64,000 bases of DNA from Balanoglossus misakiensis (lineage: Eukaryota > Animalia > Hemichordata), in NCBI GenBank assembly GCA_040954595.2, contig CM082584.2, forward strand, positions 3,350,010 to 3,414,009. The letters run 5' to 3'. Made by a program: the position numbers and the translations under genes. Shown piece after piece: positions 14,301 to 26,900 of the stretch; within the stretch, counting starts at the first letter, position 1; the number at the start of each line of letters is the position of its first letter. The notes beneath the pieces are model-generated. The model saw only the letters and a list, made by a program, of their open reading frames with translations, searched no databases and was not told where the DNA came from.

Positions 14301-15474
14301 TATTACATTTGAACACGTGATATTGAAACTCTTTGGTGCTGGAAGTTTTCGAGCCGGAAATGAGGTACTAAATGTGAATGAATCTGAAACTGTGCACAAG
14401 GAGCGCAAACTCACTTGGGCAGCCTCTTTTTTTTGTTTCCTTTTTTCTCATTGTCTTGTCCTATTTTTCAGAAATGCTCAATAAAAACTATTTAAAAAAA
14501 AACTCACTTGGGCAGCCAACTTCGTCCTCGCCGTTGGTACAATCCTGGACGCCATCACATCGTTCCTCAATTGGGATGCAATAACCATTGACGTCGTCGC
14601 CGCAACGGTATGTAATGCTGGTTTCGCAGTCGCCTACAAAGACAGAGATAACAGAATATTAGTGCCCATATGCCTCCATTTACGCAAGATAGTTTGGCGA
14701 ACAATCGGTGGTCTATTAGAAAACCAATGTCTATAGAAAACCAATGTCCCACAGCAAGCGCTGGCATAGGGACTTTACCTAGAGATACGTATTTTTGGAA
14801 AATGTGATTCTACAAATGTGTCAGGCATGCAGCATTACTGTATCACAGCTGTAACAGTAACAGTGGACAGTAATGTAGCAGCGAAGTAGACGCATCTATG
14901 TAACATTCATGTTGGTTCAGACATGAAACACCACTGTCAAGACAGGGCTGTAACATGGCAGTTCCAACATTGCTGTAACAGCGCTGTTGGAACAGGACTG
15001 TAGCACCCATGTTCCAACAGCACTGTTAGGCATGTCACAGGGTACTGTGATACTTGATTTGTTTTCATTGTACAATAACATGCCTCTCATTTCAATATCA
15101 TTGAATATGTTCATCCTCAGCATGTCAAATGTTGATTACGAACACAAAGACTAACATTAAACTCATGTACTCATCATTGCCATTTAAAATCTTTTTATTT
15201 ATACCAAAAATAACCAGACAAAGTTGTCAGACAGACAGTTACATGTATTTGCATGTGTGTACGGTATTTTTCATTTGATGAAAAATGTATTCAGACGATA
15301 GAATGGATAAATATCTTCATGCGTGTACTTGTGCTGCCCATTGATCCTCTTCACTCTGCAGGTAGTATAATCGCAACAATGAATAAAACACTTTTAACTG
15401 ATTATATGACATGATTCGAATGATTCAGTGTCTTCAGTTAGTCTGAAGACCTCACAATTAAACTTATCAAATCT

Positions 15475-15510
<36 letters not shown>

Positions 15511-18500
15511 CATCGTCAGTCTTCGGTAGCTGCAGCAGCCACATCAGTCAATCCAGAAAACGTCCTCCGCTTGAGTTTAGCGACAGCCATGGTGCGGAGA
15601 AGCAAAAGAAAAAAGGCAAATTGACAGATCAGCGCGAAGAAAGTGAGTATTATTATGTAATAGCTGAACATTTCATGTATCATTGCCACGACACTGCATG
15701 CTCTGGCCGATGTTTTGATTTTGAACAGGAATTCCCTGTTACAAAAACTCCGCCCATTCCCATTGTTCGTGATTTTGCATATGAATAAAATATCTGAATA
15801 CACTTCTATCTGTTTGCTGAGGGGGAATCCCCACATCGAGAATGTTTATAATTTAAAGTAATTTACGCATTCACCATGTTGCAATAACTCATGTTGGTAC
15901 ACACTTCACCTTAATAATTTCACTTATTATTAATACACAGATTGGGGAACACAATGCCCAACCAACGAAACACGAAAACACGACAAAAATAATGGTTTCA
16001 AGTCCAAGAACAGAACAAGTGCCCCCACCAATAACAACAACAACAGCAACAACACATCTGGCAGTAGCACCAGCCTTCTGCGCAACATCTATGATGTTGT
16101 GCAGCAACTAAATTCTAAAATTGACAGATTGGCAGAAGACCCCCAAAAAATCAAATCAATCCTTTTCAAATCAACAAAAGTACAAGCCCAGCAATTTGAA
16201 GTCAGGAAAGGCTCCTATGAATATGTAAGTACCGTAATCCAAGTTTGTTTGGAATATAATTTATTTAATTCAATTACAATATCAAAAGAACACAATCAAA
16301 GTGTCTCTTTTTTTTTGGCCACCATGTAAAAAATTATTGAGCTGTTATTCCAAACTGTGATTTGTGACTTTTTATTCAATATAACTGAACAAATGGAAAA
16401 ACAAATGATATTCTATTGTGTTAGTATGTTCAGTATCCAGACTGTTCCACAACAACAAAAAATGACAGCAATAATATTAATTTTTTTTTTTTTTCTGTAT
16501 TCACTTTTGTATGTAAAGAACACCCTCATAGAAGGGACAGCAAAGCTGTATTTGATCGCTCCAACAATGGAAATACCAAGACAGGACATTTATGTGAGTA
16601 CTGTACTTAATAAAGTTCACCTGCATGTAGAATACCTACACCTAAACGTGTGATGATTCCAAACCTTGTAAGCATGACCTATACACACCAGTATACATTA
16701 CAAGCCTCAGAAGGGGAATAATCATCTGGTGTACTGAAGTATTATAGATCATGTGTAAGCTGCAATTTACAATTTTGTAAAAATTAATATTTGTTGAAAT
16801 GGTAAAGCACTGCTAATGACATTCTTAACATTTTAACAAAAGTAATAATTTCAATGTATTTTCAAGTATCTTTCCAATATATACAGTAATAGGAACCTGA
16901 CCTTAAAATGGTCAGGTTCCTAAACTGTGTATCACGATTTAACTGCACCATAATTAAAGAAACAATTTCTATTGATATGACTATATCAAAGAAGAATTTC
17001 CTGATTATAATGCAAATGCAGTCAGGAAAATGATGACATTTTGCCAGAGAAAGATTAGTGAGCGGAAACAGGAGGAAGTGCGAAAGGTAAAAAATCAGAC
17101 ACACACACACACATTGCACTCAAACTATTAAAGTAAATGCATGTTTAACCGTATACATTGCTCACCCACATATGTACCATGCTGCATGTTATCCAATATG
17201 TCAAATATAATTGCACCAAATCTAAACTGCTGTCATCATTGTCAAAATAAGACATTGAATTGAATTGTGTGCTTTTCAGAGTAATGGTTTTTAAAGGTTT
17301 ACATAATTATAGTACATATTGTTTTAACTTCTATTTTATCAGATCATCTCACACGAAGAAGAGAAAAAGCAGTACGCCTCGCCCTGTATGGGCACCCTGA
17401 CTCTGGCAGAGACAATCTGCAGACCAAAAATGGTCAATGTGTCGCCGAAGATTTTGTATTGTCTGGCGCTGGTTGTAAGTACATGTATTTGAAATGTTTT
17501 GATAAATACTTGTAAGCAATTAGTACCGTAATCGAGCCTTCTGTTCGACCAGGAAAAAATAATTATGAACCGAAGGCCCGATTACGGTAAGTTTTTTTAC
17601 TAAAGTTTACCATGTATCCAAAAGCAGCACTGTCTCTGATCATTAGGACTGGCACACACTCATTTACACAGACAAACATGCAAATACTGTTGATATTGAT
17701 AGTACACATTCTATCAAAACAATTAGAGGTTATAAATAGCAATTAACAATGGTACCATTCTGGATAATACAAGTTCTATCGGGTTAAATAATAGCATTTT
17801 TTGGTTTATATATACTCACCTCGTTTTGTGATTACTGCTACCAAATTGCTTATTTTCTGTGGTCAATAAATTTCAAAAGCAACTACCGGCATATTTTTCA
17901 AGCAACTTTTGCATGTTTCTTGTCCTAAAATGTTGCATTTTGACAATACAAGGTCACACGTATGGGGTCATGCAAGTGACATCATTTTTTCACAGACTGA
18001 GCTATGACAATTATACTGGACTCACAAGTGTTTCTGAGGTGTTTTTCCCCCTTTATTATAGAGAAAATATTATCGAGATGAGGCGCCAGACAGAAGCAGC
18101 TTCTGGACCATGTACCTTAATTGGTACAACAACATTGGCAAGAAGCTGCAGATAGATGATGTAATGGCTGAGGATGAGGAGTTTTACGATGATTTTGAAC
18201 AAATATAAATTAATTTGTGTGTTTGTTGTTTGTTTCTTTATATTGTTGTTTCATAAAGTTCTTGCCGTTATTTAACCCTTTCTGGCCGGATATCCTATAT
18301 ATAGGAGAAATTCGGATACGTTCCCAGAAAGCCAGGCTTGAAAGGGTTAATATTTGATCTGTATTATTTTTTTCTTGATATTAATAAATGATTAAAAGTA
18401 ATTTTACCTTTAGGTCTATAAATGTGATAATTGTGCACTCACAAAATGAATTATAAAATTCAATTACCATCATTTCTCACTGACAGACACATGACAACAG

Positions 18501-20796
18501 ACATTCGGAAAAAAAATTGCATATCAAAGTTGTATCAAACTTATTAAAAAAGACTGGGGTATTACAGTAGTGTAATAGTAAGGCCAGAGAGAATAAAAAT
18601 CTTGTTCATCGTATTTTTTGGACCAAGTTCCAGGAGCGGTGAGCGAATATTTTTATTTTATTTTTTTTAAGGCTTAAGGTAAATGCGGTTCTCTGGCATA
18701 TTTGCACAGATGCAGACAAGGTGAGAAATTGGTTCCCTTTTTACCAGAAATATCTCAGACAAAAACACTGATACATGTACTTGTAACTGAATTCAATACA
18801 ATAGTTCCCAACAATAACATAGGCCATTACATTTACAGTTGGTGTTTGCACAACATATTCTGGCCACCAGCGCCAGTTATAAGAATTTTCTAACGCGGAA
18901 GAAGAATTTTCCGAGATCCAAAAAAAAAAAATTTTCCAAATCAGCCAAAGTAGAAGCGGCGATTCCGATGAACAATTTATTTTTTCTTCCTGGCCTAAGA
19001 GCTTTATTTTGAACAAACAACACAGTTGTTTTCAAAAAGCACTGTAACAGTACTGCTGGGCGAGTCATGTTACAGCACTGTACTAGCAGCGCTGTAACAT
19101 GACTGTCAAGGCATACATGGAACATTCCTGATACAGCAGTGTTCCTAGCATGGTACATTGCAACACCAGAGTTGCAACATAAGTGAAACACACATGTCAA
19201 AACAGACATGAAACATTGATGTGGCATGACTGTTTCATGTCTGTTATGTTACATTGCTGTGGACTTTTAGCTTGACAAGAATCCTATTCATTTAATATGG
19301 GTGGTTAGCGAAGACGAAGTATGAACACTCCGTCATCCTGAAGAATGCCAATGCGTCTTGTAGTTCGTTTCTTAACGATAACAGTGGTGCAGTGGGAGTT
19401 AGGGGGAGGGGGTCTTTCCTCATGTCTGGCTATGACTATACGTGCACTTTTTCGTGGCATAGGTATAAGACACGACATGAAATGACAACTAATCGTCTGT
19501 AGCAAATTAGTTTTATCAACCTGGTTGGTCATTCAAACCAGGAAATGAAAGTCTTGTGTCAAAAAAATGCTTGATGTGTATCTGATCAAAATCTGTTCCC
19601 AATTTTTAACATTTTAATTCACGTCAGATTCCAATGTCCTCATCGCATGAACCAAAATTCTGCTCAAATCCTATAACGGCATTTTGATATTTTAGAAGAT
19701 GACAGTAATTGCGGCGCGACTGTTGTGTGGAGTGGATATCACATATACATGGAGTAATTTCTCTAAAGGAATGAGAGATCAGTCTTAAAGTTTGTTCTCA
19801 CGAAATACAGCATGGCCTGTCCCGCTGCCACAGAATGCTAGGAGTCATTGGTGCCGTCTTCGAGCAGCAAATTTAAAAAATAGCGTCAAGGACACTGTGG
19901 TCCCATCTGAGGATTACGCAGAAATAAGGATACACCAGAATAAAAATTACAGGTGACATTGCGAGCAGATATGATCTTACCATATAGAAATATGGGATGT
20001 AAAAAAATTAACAAGGAACATGCCCAATAAACTGTCATGTGTCATGGCATACTTACAAGTGGTGCTAGAACAAAAAATGTTTTGACCAAAAATTGTCTGT
20101 ACAAACACAAATGACAAGCAACTTCTTTCAGTCAGTCCTGGAACAGACAGACAGACACACACACTGACCTGCAACTTGTAATTAAAAATTTAATAGCTGG
20201 TGGTCTCTGGAACAGCTGGCCTATTAAAGTTATGTAAACATGTCTAAGTTGGGGGTAACAACTCCTTGTCAACAGTAACTTTCAAAACAACTGGACAATT
20301 GGTTTAGGAGAAGATTTGCTAACCAAAAACAAAGAAACTTACAAAGAAAACTCGCTAAATATTGAATATTTCTGATATCAGAATTGAATAGAAATTGTAT
20401 CCTAAATTTCAAAGCAATCAGAGAAAAAACTAATTTCAAAGCAATCCAACAAGCAGTTTCACAGAAAATATTTGTTCAAAAGTGGCAAAAACACAAATAT
20501 CACCAAAATTGTACAATATCTTACTTCAAGCACATACAGACATACATCCATCCATCCATCCATACATACATACATACAGACGCAACCGATCCCGTAAGGT
20601 CCCATGGTATAAACCAATGGGACCTAAAAAAACTTGATTAGAAAATTTTGTGAAAAACCTATGTCAGTGCCTTTGGAATGATAACCATCCCAGTCGAGGT
20701 TAGGATGACGTCACATTACATGGCCGCTAGGCTGATTTCGTTACCTTGCCCGTGGGCTCCCGCCAACAGTGTTGTAACGGCGATCAGAAACAGCAT
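10706..20796 (-). CDS. Secreted LDL-receptor class A + trypsin-like (S1A) serine protease homolog, catalytically dead; exons 20796-20745, 14633-14508, 13384-13281, 12930-12842, 11885-11611, 11308-11175, 10879-10706
   Basis: Spliced by hand with GT-AG sites and consistent phases: signal peptide MLFLIAVTTLLAGAHG, LDLa (CETSITYRC..CIPIEERCDGVQDCTNGEDEVGC), GSWPWMASI, CGATIV..WVLTAATC, YNFALLK, ICLP, DVCNGDDGGPM, PGLY..V..WI, stop TAA at 10706-10708. Confidence 0.88.
11363..11398. repeat. (CAT)n microsatellite
   Basis: About 12 CAT units. Confidence 0.9.
13452..14065. mobile_element. Dispersed repeat family, Helentron/DINE-like non-autonomous element (related copies at about 19880-20630 and a truncated copy at about 36688-36870)
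   Basis: Shared 5' GCGTCA(G/A)GGACAC(G/T)GTGGTCCC, internal CATA/CAGA microsatellites, 3' GACGCAAC and terminal hairpin GGTCCCATGGTA..CCAATGGGACC before an A-run. Confidence 0.45.
15477..15509. repeat. (GA)n microsatellite
   Basis: Run of GA dinucleotides. Confidence 0.9.
15589..18208 (+). pseudogene. Degenerate multi-exon ORF of unknown function (possible transposon accessory gene)
   Basis: Exon-like blocks with GT donors (..LLRNIYDVVQQLNSKIDRL.., ..YDYIKEEFPDYNANAVRKMM.., ..RKYYRDEAPDRSSFWTMYLNWYNNIGKK..FEQI*); there is an early TGA and I could not build a continuous frame. Confidence 0.35.
17526..17587. mobile_element. 62-bp TA-flanked mini-MITE
   Basis: TA-CCGTAATCGAGCCTTC ... GAAGGCCCGATTACGG-TA. 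Confidence 0.5.
18276..18346. mobile_element. 71-bp piggyBac-type mini-MITE
   Basis: TTAA-CCCTTTC ... GAAAGGG-TTAA, internal palindrome TCCTATATATAGGA. Confidence 0.55.
18582..18995. mobile_element. PIF/Harbinger-type MITE
   Basis: TAA-GGCCAGAGAGAATAAAAATCTTGTTCATCG ... CGATGAACAATTTATTTTTTCTTCCTGGCC-TAA (3-bp TAA TSD). Confidence 0.6.
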
Positions 20797-20984
20797 GGTC
20801 CTCCTTCAAGAAACTCGCTTCACAGAATACAGGGTGCGGTGGAACGAGTTCCGTATTCTACACCCAGGTTAGTCAACAAAGTCTGTGAACATTCAGAAAT
20901 ACCGTCACCTGTGGCCGTCGGTGATGTATTGTATAGCGTTGATCGCTATGGAAAGCCACAGCTGTCTTAAGTCCATTGTTACCA

Positions 20985-21840
20985 TTATACGACGCTCATA
21001 CATCTTTATACAATGTGCATTCATCATTATACGATGCTCATACATCATTATACGCTGTTCGTACATCATTATACGACACTCGTACATCATTATACAATGT
21101 GCATATATCATTATACGATGGGCATACAACATTATATGCTGGTCGTACATCTTTATACAACGCTCATACATGATTATACGCTGCTTGTACATCATTATAC
21201 GACACTCGTACATCATTATACAATGTGCATATATCATTATATGCTGGTCGTACATCATTATACGACGCTCATACATCATTATACGCTGCTCGTACATCAT
21301 TATACAACACTCGTACATCATTATACAACGCTCGTACATCATTATACAATGTGCATATATCATTATACGATGTGCATACAACATTATATGCTGGTCGTAC
21401 ATCTTTATACAATGTGCATACAACATTATACGCTGGTCGTACTTCATTATACAATGCTCATACATCACTATACAATGTGCGATCAGTATACGCTGTGCAT
21501 ACATCATAAAATGACGCTCATACATCATTATACAATGTACATACATCATTATACACTGCCCATACATCATTATACGCTGTGCATACAACATTATACGCTG
21601 GTCGTACATCATTATACGACGCTCATACATCATTATACAATGTGCATACGCCATCATACGCTGTGCATACATCATTATACGTCGCTTATTCACCATGATA
21701 CTATGTGCATACATCATTATGCGCTGTGCATACATTTTTATACGACGCTCATACATCATTATACAATGTTCATACAACATTATATGCTGGTCGTACATCA
21801 TTATATGCTGATCATGCACCATGATATGATGCTTGTTCAT
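20985..21840 (+). repeat. Left subterminal 21-bp tandem array of the IS3EU-type element
   Basis: About 40 units of the TACATCATTATACnnnnnnnn type. Confidence 0.9.
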
Positions 21841-21993
21841 TACATTACAGCAGAGACACCTTTATTGCAGGCTGTTTGTTAACTGGTTCCTAACAGTGTA
21901 TTTACGATAGAGGGCATGTACTCTGATCAGCTGTTTCTATCGGCCATTTTGGATGTCAAGTATTTGATTTGTAAGTCTTCACAATTTGGCAAA

Positions 21994-23358
21994 ATGGCAT
22001 TGTCTCCTATGTCCACCATACTGCAGCGACTGAATTTGAGCAACCTTACTGGAGTGTTTGAAAGGGAGAGGATCACTCCAGATATTGTTGGTAAGCTATC
22101 CAGCTGGGAAATGGAGTCCCTTGGAGTGGTTAATCCTGGAGACAGAATGGCTTTGAGCGTGACTTGTACCACCTATGGGATGCAAGTTCCACCTAAGGTT
22201 TGGGAAAGTGGGGGTGCACCACAGTTCATCATTCCAAAAGATATCCTGGAGAACCATTTAGATGAGGATTTTAGCATCTCTGAAATAGCATCAATGATAG
22301 GAGTTTCAGAAAGTACCATTTACAGAAGAATGCGACAATATGGTCTTAGCAAGATGGACTTCACAGATATATCTGAAAGTAATCTAGATTCATATGTCAT
22401 TGAATTGGCACGAGAGTTCCCATACTGTGGAGAGAGAATGCTAACTCACATTTTGAAGAATAGAGCAGGCATTAAAGTCCAGCGGATGCGCCTCCGTGAC
22501 AGTCTTCACAGAATTGACTCAGATGGTGTAGATGCAAGACGAAGGGGTCGTTTACATCGCAGAATATACAATGTTAAAGGACCAAATCACTTGTGGCACA
22601 TTGACACAAACCACAAGTTGATTAGGTGGCATTTTGTGGTAATTGGCGGTATTGATGGTTTTAGCCGTCTGCCAGTCATGCTTCAATGTCGGGACAACAA
22701 CAAGTCAGCTACTCTGTTACAGTGTTTCAAAAGTGCTGTAGGCGAATATGGCGTTCCAAGTAGGGTGCGCTCCGATCAGGGCATGGAGAATGTTGGCATA
22801 GCGGACTACATGATATTAAGCCGTGGGCCTAATAGGGGAAGCATGATCACAGGGAAAAGCGTACACAATCAAAGAATTGAGAGGCTGTGGAAAGATGTTT
22901 TTGAAGGTGTTCTTGCGTTATATTACCAGTTATTTTATTTTATGGAGGAGAAGGGTATTTTAGATATACTGAAGCCAAGCCATATAGCTGCACTTCACCA
23001 TGTGTATTTATCTAGAATAAATCATAAATTAGAAATATGGAATAACGCATGGGCCAATCACAGAATGAGGACGACAAGAACATCACCTCTGCGCTTATGG
23101 GTTTCCGGTCAGTTGCAGAACCCAGTTGGGATTGAGTTAGCTGCTGATGAAGTCACAGAATATGGCGTTACTGGCGTGATTCGTGAGGATGCTGATGAAG
23201 CAGATTCGAGACCTGTGATCGATGCACCATCATTTGAGTTAAATGAAGCCTGTACGGAAGAACTATATCGCACCATTCCACAAACATGGACATCCAATAA
23301 CTATGGTATTGAGAGGTACCTAGATGCACTATCCATAATTAATCATCACCATGATTAA
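21994..23358 (+). CDS. DDE integrase/transposase with N-terminal SAM-like and HTH domains (the ORF is open from 21916)
   Basis: Intronless, intact ORF; [24 protein letters not shown]; catalytic motifs [28 protein letters not shown]. Confidence 0.92.
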   Translation: MALSPMSTILQRLNLSNLTGVFERERITPDIVGKLSSWEMESLGVVNPGDRMALSVTCTTYGMQVPPKVWESGGAPQFIIPKDILENHLDEDFSISEIASMIGVSESTIYRRMRQYGLSKMDFTDISESNLDSYVIELAREFPYCGERMLTHILKNRAGIKVQRMRLRDSLHRIDSDGVDARRRGRLHRRIYNVKGPNHLWHIDTNHKLIRWHFVVIGGIDGFSRLPVMLQCRDNNKSATLLQCFKSAVGEYGVPSRVRSDQGMENVGIADYMILSRGPNRGSMITGKSVHNQRIERLWKDVFEGVLALYYQLFYFMEEKGILDILKPSHIAALHHVYLSRINHKLEIWNNAWANHRMRTTRTSPLRLWVSGQLQNPVGIELAADEVTEYGVTGVIREDADEADSRPVIDAPSFELNEACTEELYRTIPQTWTSNNYGIERYLDALSIINHHHD

Positions 23359-23903
23359 TTCTGTTCGTTCTAGACTTAGAGCGGCAATAGCTGTGATTTT
23401 GAACATTTTTTGGCACTAATAACACAGGAAATGTTTTATTAAAAATAAAAATCAGAGAAAACAGATCGATAGTTCAGTACAATTATTGCTGCTTTAACAT
23501 ATGGAGCACTTAGAAAACAAACAGATACAATGTATCATTTGACAATGCATGTTTATTCAAAGAAAACATACACAACTTCTCGACAACAATGAGTTTTACT
23601 AGCCAAATCCTCAAGGTCAAAACGAAATGACAACAACACCGGCGCCGCCGATAACACCAAGTCACATGAATGAAAAAAACAGCTGATCACTGGAAAGCAG
23701 GTCACTGCAGCGCAGATGCTCTATGGACTGCAATATTACTCTGAAGGGCCATCCATGAAACAGTAATTGTTAACGTTTGTCAGTTGGAACTTGTAACTTA
23801 TACATGTAGTATAAAGCAACTAAACATATACCCCCAGTACTCAAATGGTTGCCATATTATGTATCCAATGCATAGAAGGAAATCAAACCATACAGGCACC
23901 ATG

Positions 23904-26900
23904 TCATACTCTACCAAAATGTCTAGTGGTAAATGCATAATCATACATCTCATGCATCCTATCTACTGACAATAGGTCATGCTCAAGAGTGGGTCTCGGT
24001 AGCTTCAATAAATTGATGCAAGTATCTGACGTTGGAATAAAAGATATTTCATATGGAATAAATTCAATACTTGGTGCAGTTCCAAACCCTAACACTGGTT
24101 CTTGCTCTAAACCATGAAAGTTATATTTTAACCCATTGATATAGCCAAGACATTACTTACTTGCAACTTCACGAAGATATTTGTTGAATACTGCATATAC
24201 TTGGCCTTCATATCTTCTATCATTAGAACCATTCTCACTGAACGATGGTGTTAGCATTGCCTTTAGCCTTGGCAAAGTGAGTTTTGAGGATGTATTTTCA
24301 CGCAGAAGATGCTGGAATGTAGGCAGCTCTATACACATCTGTATTAAGTAATATATAGTGTGTAATATATGTGTATTAATACACTTCTCTTTTAGACACA
24401 CAAAAAACATGACAATGGAAGCAAACCATATACAATGTAATAAAGTTCATGTTTATGTTCTCAGTCTGACAATAATATAGAGAGACTTCAATATGAACAC
24501 TGATTACAATCACCCCACAAAAGCACTAGAGATTGTATTTAGTACTCCCATTGTGATATACATGTATTGTGACAGTATACTACTACCGGTAGTAGTGTTG
24601 TTTAAAATTCCAGTACTATAATGTTTTTTTAATGAATTCTGACCAAGACATGAATGGAAAAGTTGGCTAAGTAATATCAGATACATGTAGATAAGGTATG
24701 CAATACCTCAGTTTGTAGTTTCAACACTTTGTTAAAAGGTGATTTTTGACCGTGTATGAAGTGAGTTATTTACATCTGTCCTATATCTTATATGGACCAA
24801 ACCAAAATTTTACCAAAATACAAGAAATTATGGTGGAAATCAGTTTATGAATAAGCCAATTACTACCAGTTAAAATGCATGGACTGATGCTAAAAAGTGA
24901 TTGTTCTATACATTACATATGTTAACAGTGTACATGTTCATAGAATCCTACCCTATATTTATTAAACTATGAAACTATTCAATTCTATTTAATATCCAAA
25001 TTACCCTAATTAAAATAAACCAATGTGCATAAAAAATAATCAAATCTTGTATTTGTTGCATTTGTCTTTTTTTATATTCTAAGCAAGATTTTCGTACTGA
25101 CAGACATCCATGACATAAGACATGGTGGCTATTAACCACTAAAGCTGTTATAACTCAATAATCTATAAATAGTTGTTTAAACTCACCTTATGTATCCCTA
25201 ATTTGTTTAGGCCTTCCTTTAATTTCTCCAGACATGGATTTAATGACACTAAGCCTGTAGAGAACAGCTCTGATAAGACATCGGCACCTAGGAATTGAGG
25301 CAATACTCCATTCTGCAATATGCTCACAGCTATAAGAATCAATAATTTAAGTTACATTTTGAAGAGCTCCTGTGTGAGTTGCGAGAAGTTCTGTCTAACG
25401 AGTCATATAACATGAACCCATGTGTATGTCTTGATTGCCATTCGTGAACTAATTTAACATGCAATTTGTCCACACAATACTCGTAGATAAGCATTAGTCA
25501 TGCATATTCCATGTTTGAATGGGTTTTGGCATTGGCATGAATCAACTTCGAACCAAAGAAAGTTTAGAAAGAACTCCCGTGTTCTGAGGGAATCGCAATA
25601 GTAAAAGCAATTTGATCCACAGTATTAAAATTTACAATACAAACAGAAAACCCTACATAACCCCTACATGTGCATAATCCCAGAATACCAATAAGTATAC
25701 CAGCTAACAGCTGAAAAATTGGCTAATTTAGGTTTGTCTTATTGAAATTTCTAGAGCTATCAGTGGAGCAGCTAATAAATTGCAATTTATTATGCAAATT
25801 AGATAATTAATATGCACTGGTGTCAACCAAAAAGTATAATCAGATCTTCGCATTTTCCAAATGCATCTGTGTATCAAGTTTCATTGGAATCTGTTGAACG
25901 GTGCATGAGATATCAATGGAACAGCTAAGAATTGGCTAAGAATGGCTGGCATGTCATAACAGCAGAAGTAAAAAAGGATGTCCATATGAACATGCCAGAA
26001 CAAAAAATATCTTACCTAAGATCTGACCAACAGTCACGTAATCATCACAGAGGTGGTCTTTTAAGCCATTGTCAAAATATTTCTCTTTCAATATCCTTAA
26101 CATTGAATTCAAAAATTCTTTACGTGGACCGCCATAGTCCTTTGCTCTCTGTGTGAAATTAATAATATAAATATTGATGTTAGTATATGGTAATAGATTA
26201 ATCATTTTAAGGCAATAAAAATCCATTCAAACAAATGTTTTTCTTTATTTCAAATTACCTCTCCATAAAAGTCTACTTCAAGCGTTGTTCGTAGTTGCTG
26301 TATAGACAAGGCAGACATTTCATCAAAACCAGTTGATGAAAGGCACAGTCTGTCAACGCTAATCACAGTTGTATCGCCTTCGTCACACTGATCCATTGCT
26401 TTGATTTCCAGAGCTCTACCAATGATCATTTTAGCTTGATAGTACCGGAGAATCTCCACAGGGTTTTCTATACTATGCTCCTTACAGTAATCAACAGTTT
26501 CTATAACAATAGCTTCCACTTTCCTCTTTTCTGCATCATCTCCCACTTCATCTTCTTCATCGACCACCTACAATGGGCAAAACAAGATTAATAATTTAAC
26601 ATAAGTTAGGAAATGTCTATATACCATATTTGGTCCAACAAAGATCAATAATGATATACAATCTGTCAATGTATATAAAAATGACTGCCCATATATTTTC
26701 CTTCTTTTAAACTGGACTGATTAGGGAGTTTGTGTACATTTTCTGTACCTTTTTGGCAGACATCCGTGCATATTAATTTTCACCTAAAATTGCTTTTTTG
26801 AGACCACAAAAATATGTAATATTAAATTAAAATATGTAAAAAACAACATTTTCAACTTGATTTTTTTACAATTTACCAGTTAGTGGCCCAAAAAAAGGAA

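Larger units (their letters stand above)
14665..19301. mobile_element. Possible CACTA/EnSpm-like non-autonomous element in intron 1 of the pseudoprotease
   Basis: TG-CCCATAT ... ATATGGG-TG (7-bp termini, 2-bp TSD); both ends are rich in short ACAG/CTGT/CATG subterminal repeats (14820-15060, 19020-19260). The termini are short, so the boundaries are uncertain. Confidence 0.4.

Noticed and set aside
20985-21840. CRISPR-like look (constant core plus variable part)
   Set aside because: The variable parts are only about 8 bp and recur, there are no cas genes, and the context is a eukaryotic transposon end
20885-21882. Several long overlapping ORFs (YIIIR / MMYE / HHYT repeats), and the same at 29857-30604
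   Set aside because: Translation artefacts of the 21-bp arrays, whose period is divisible by 3
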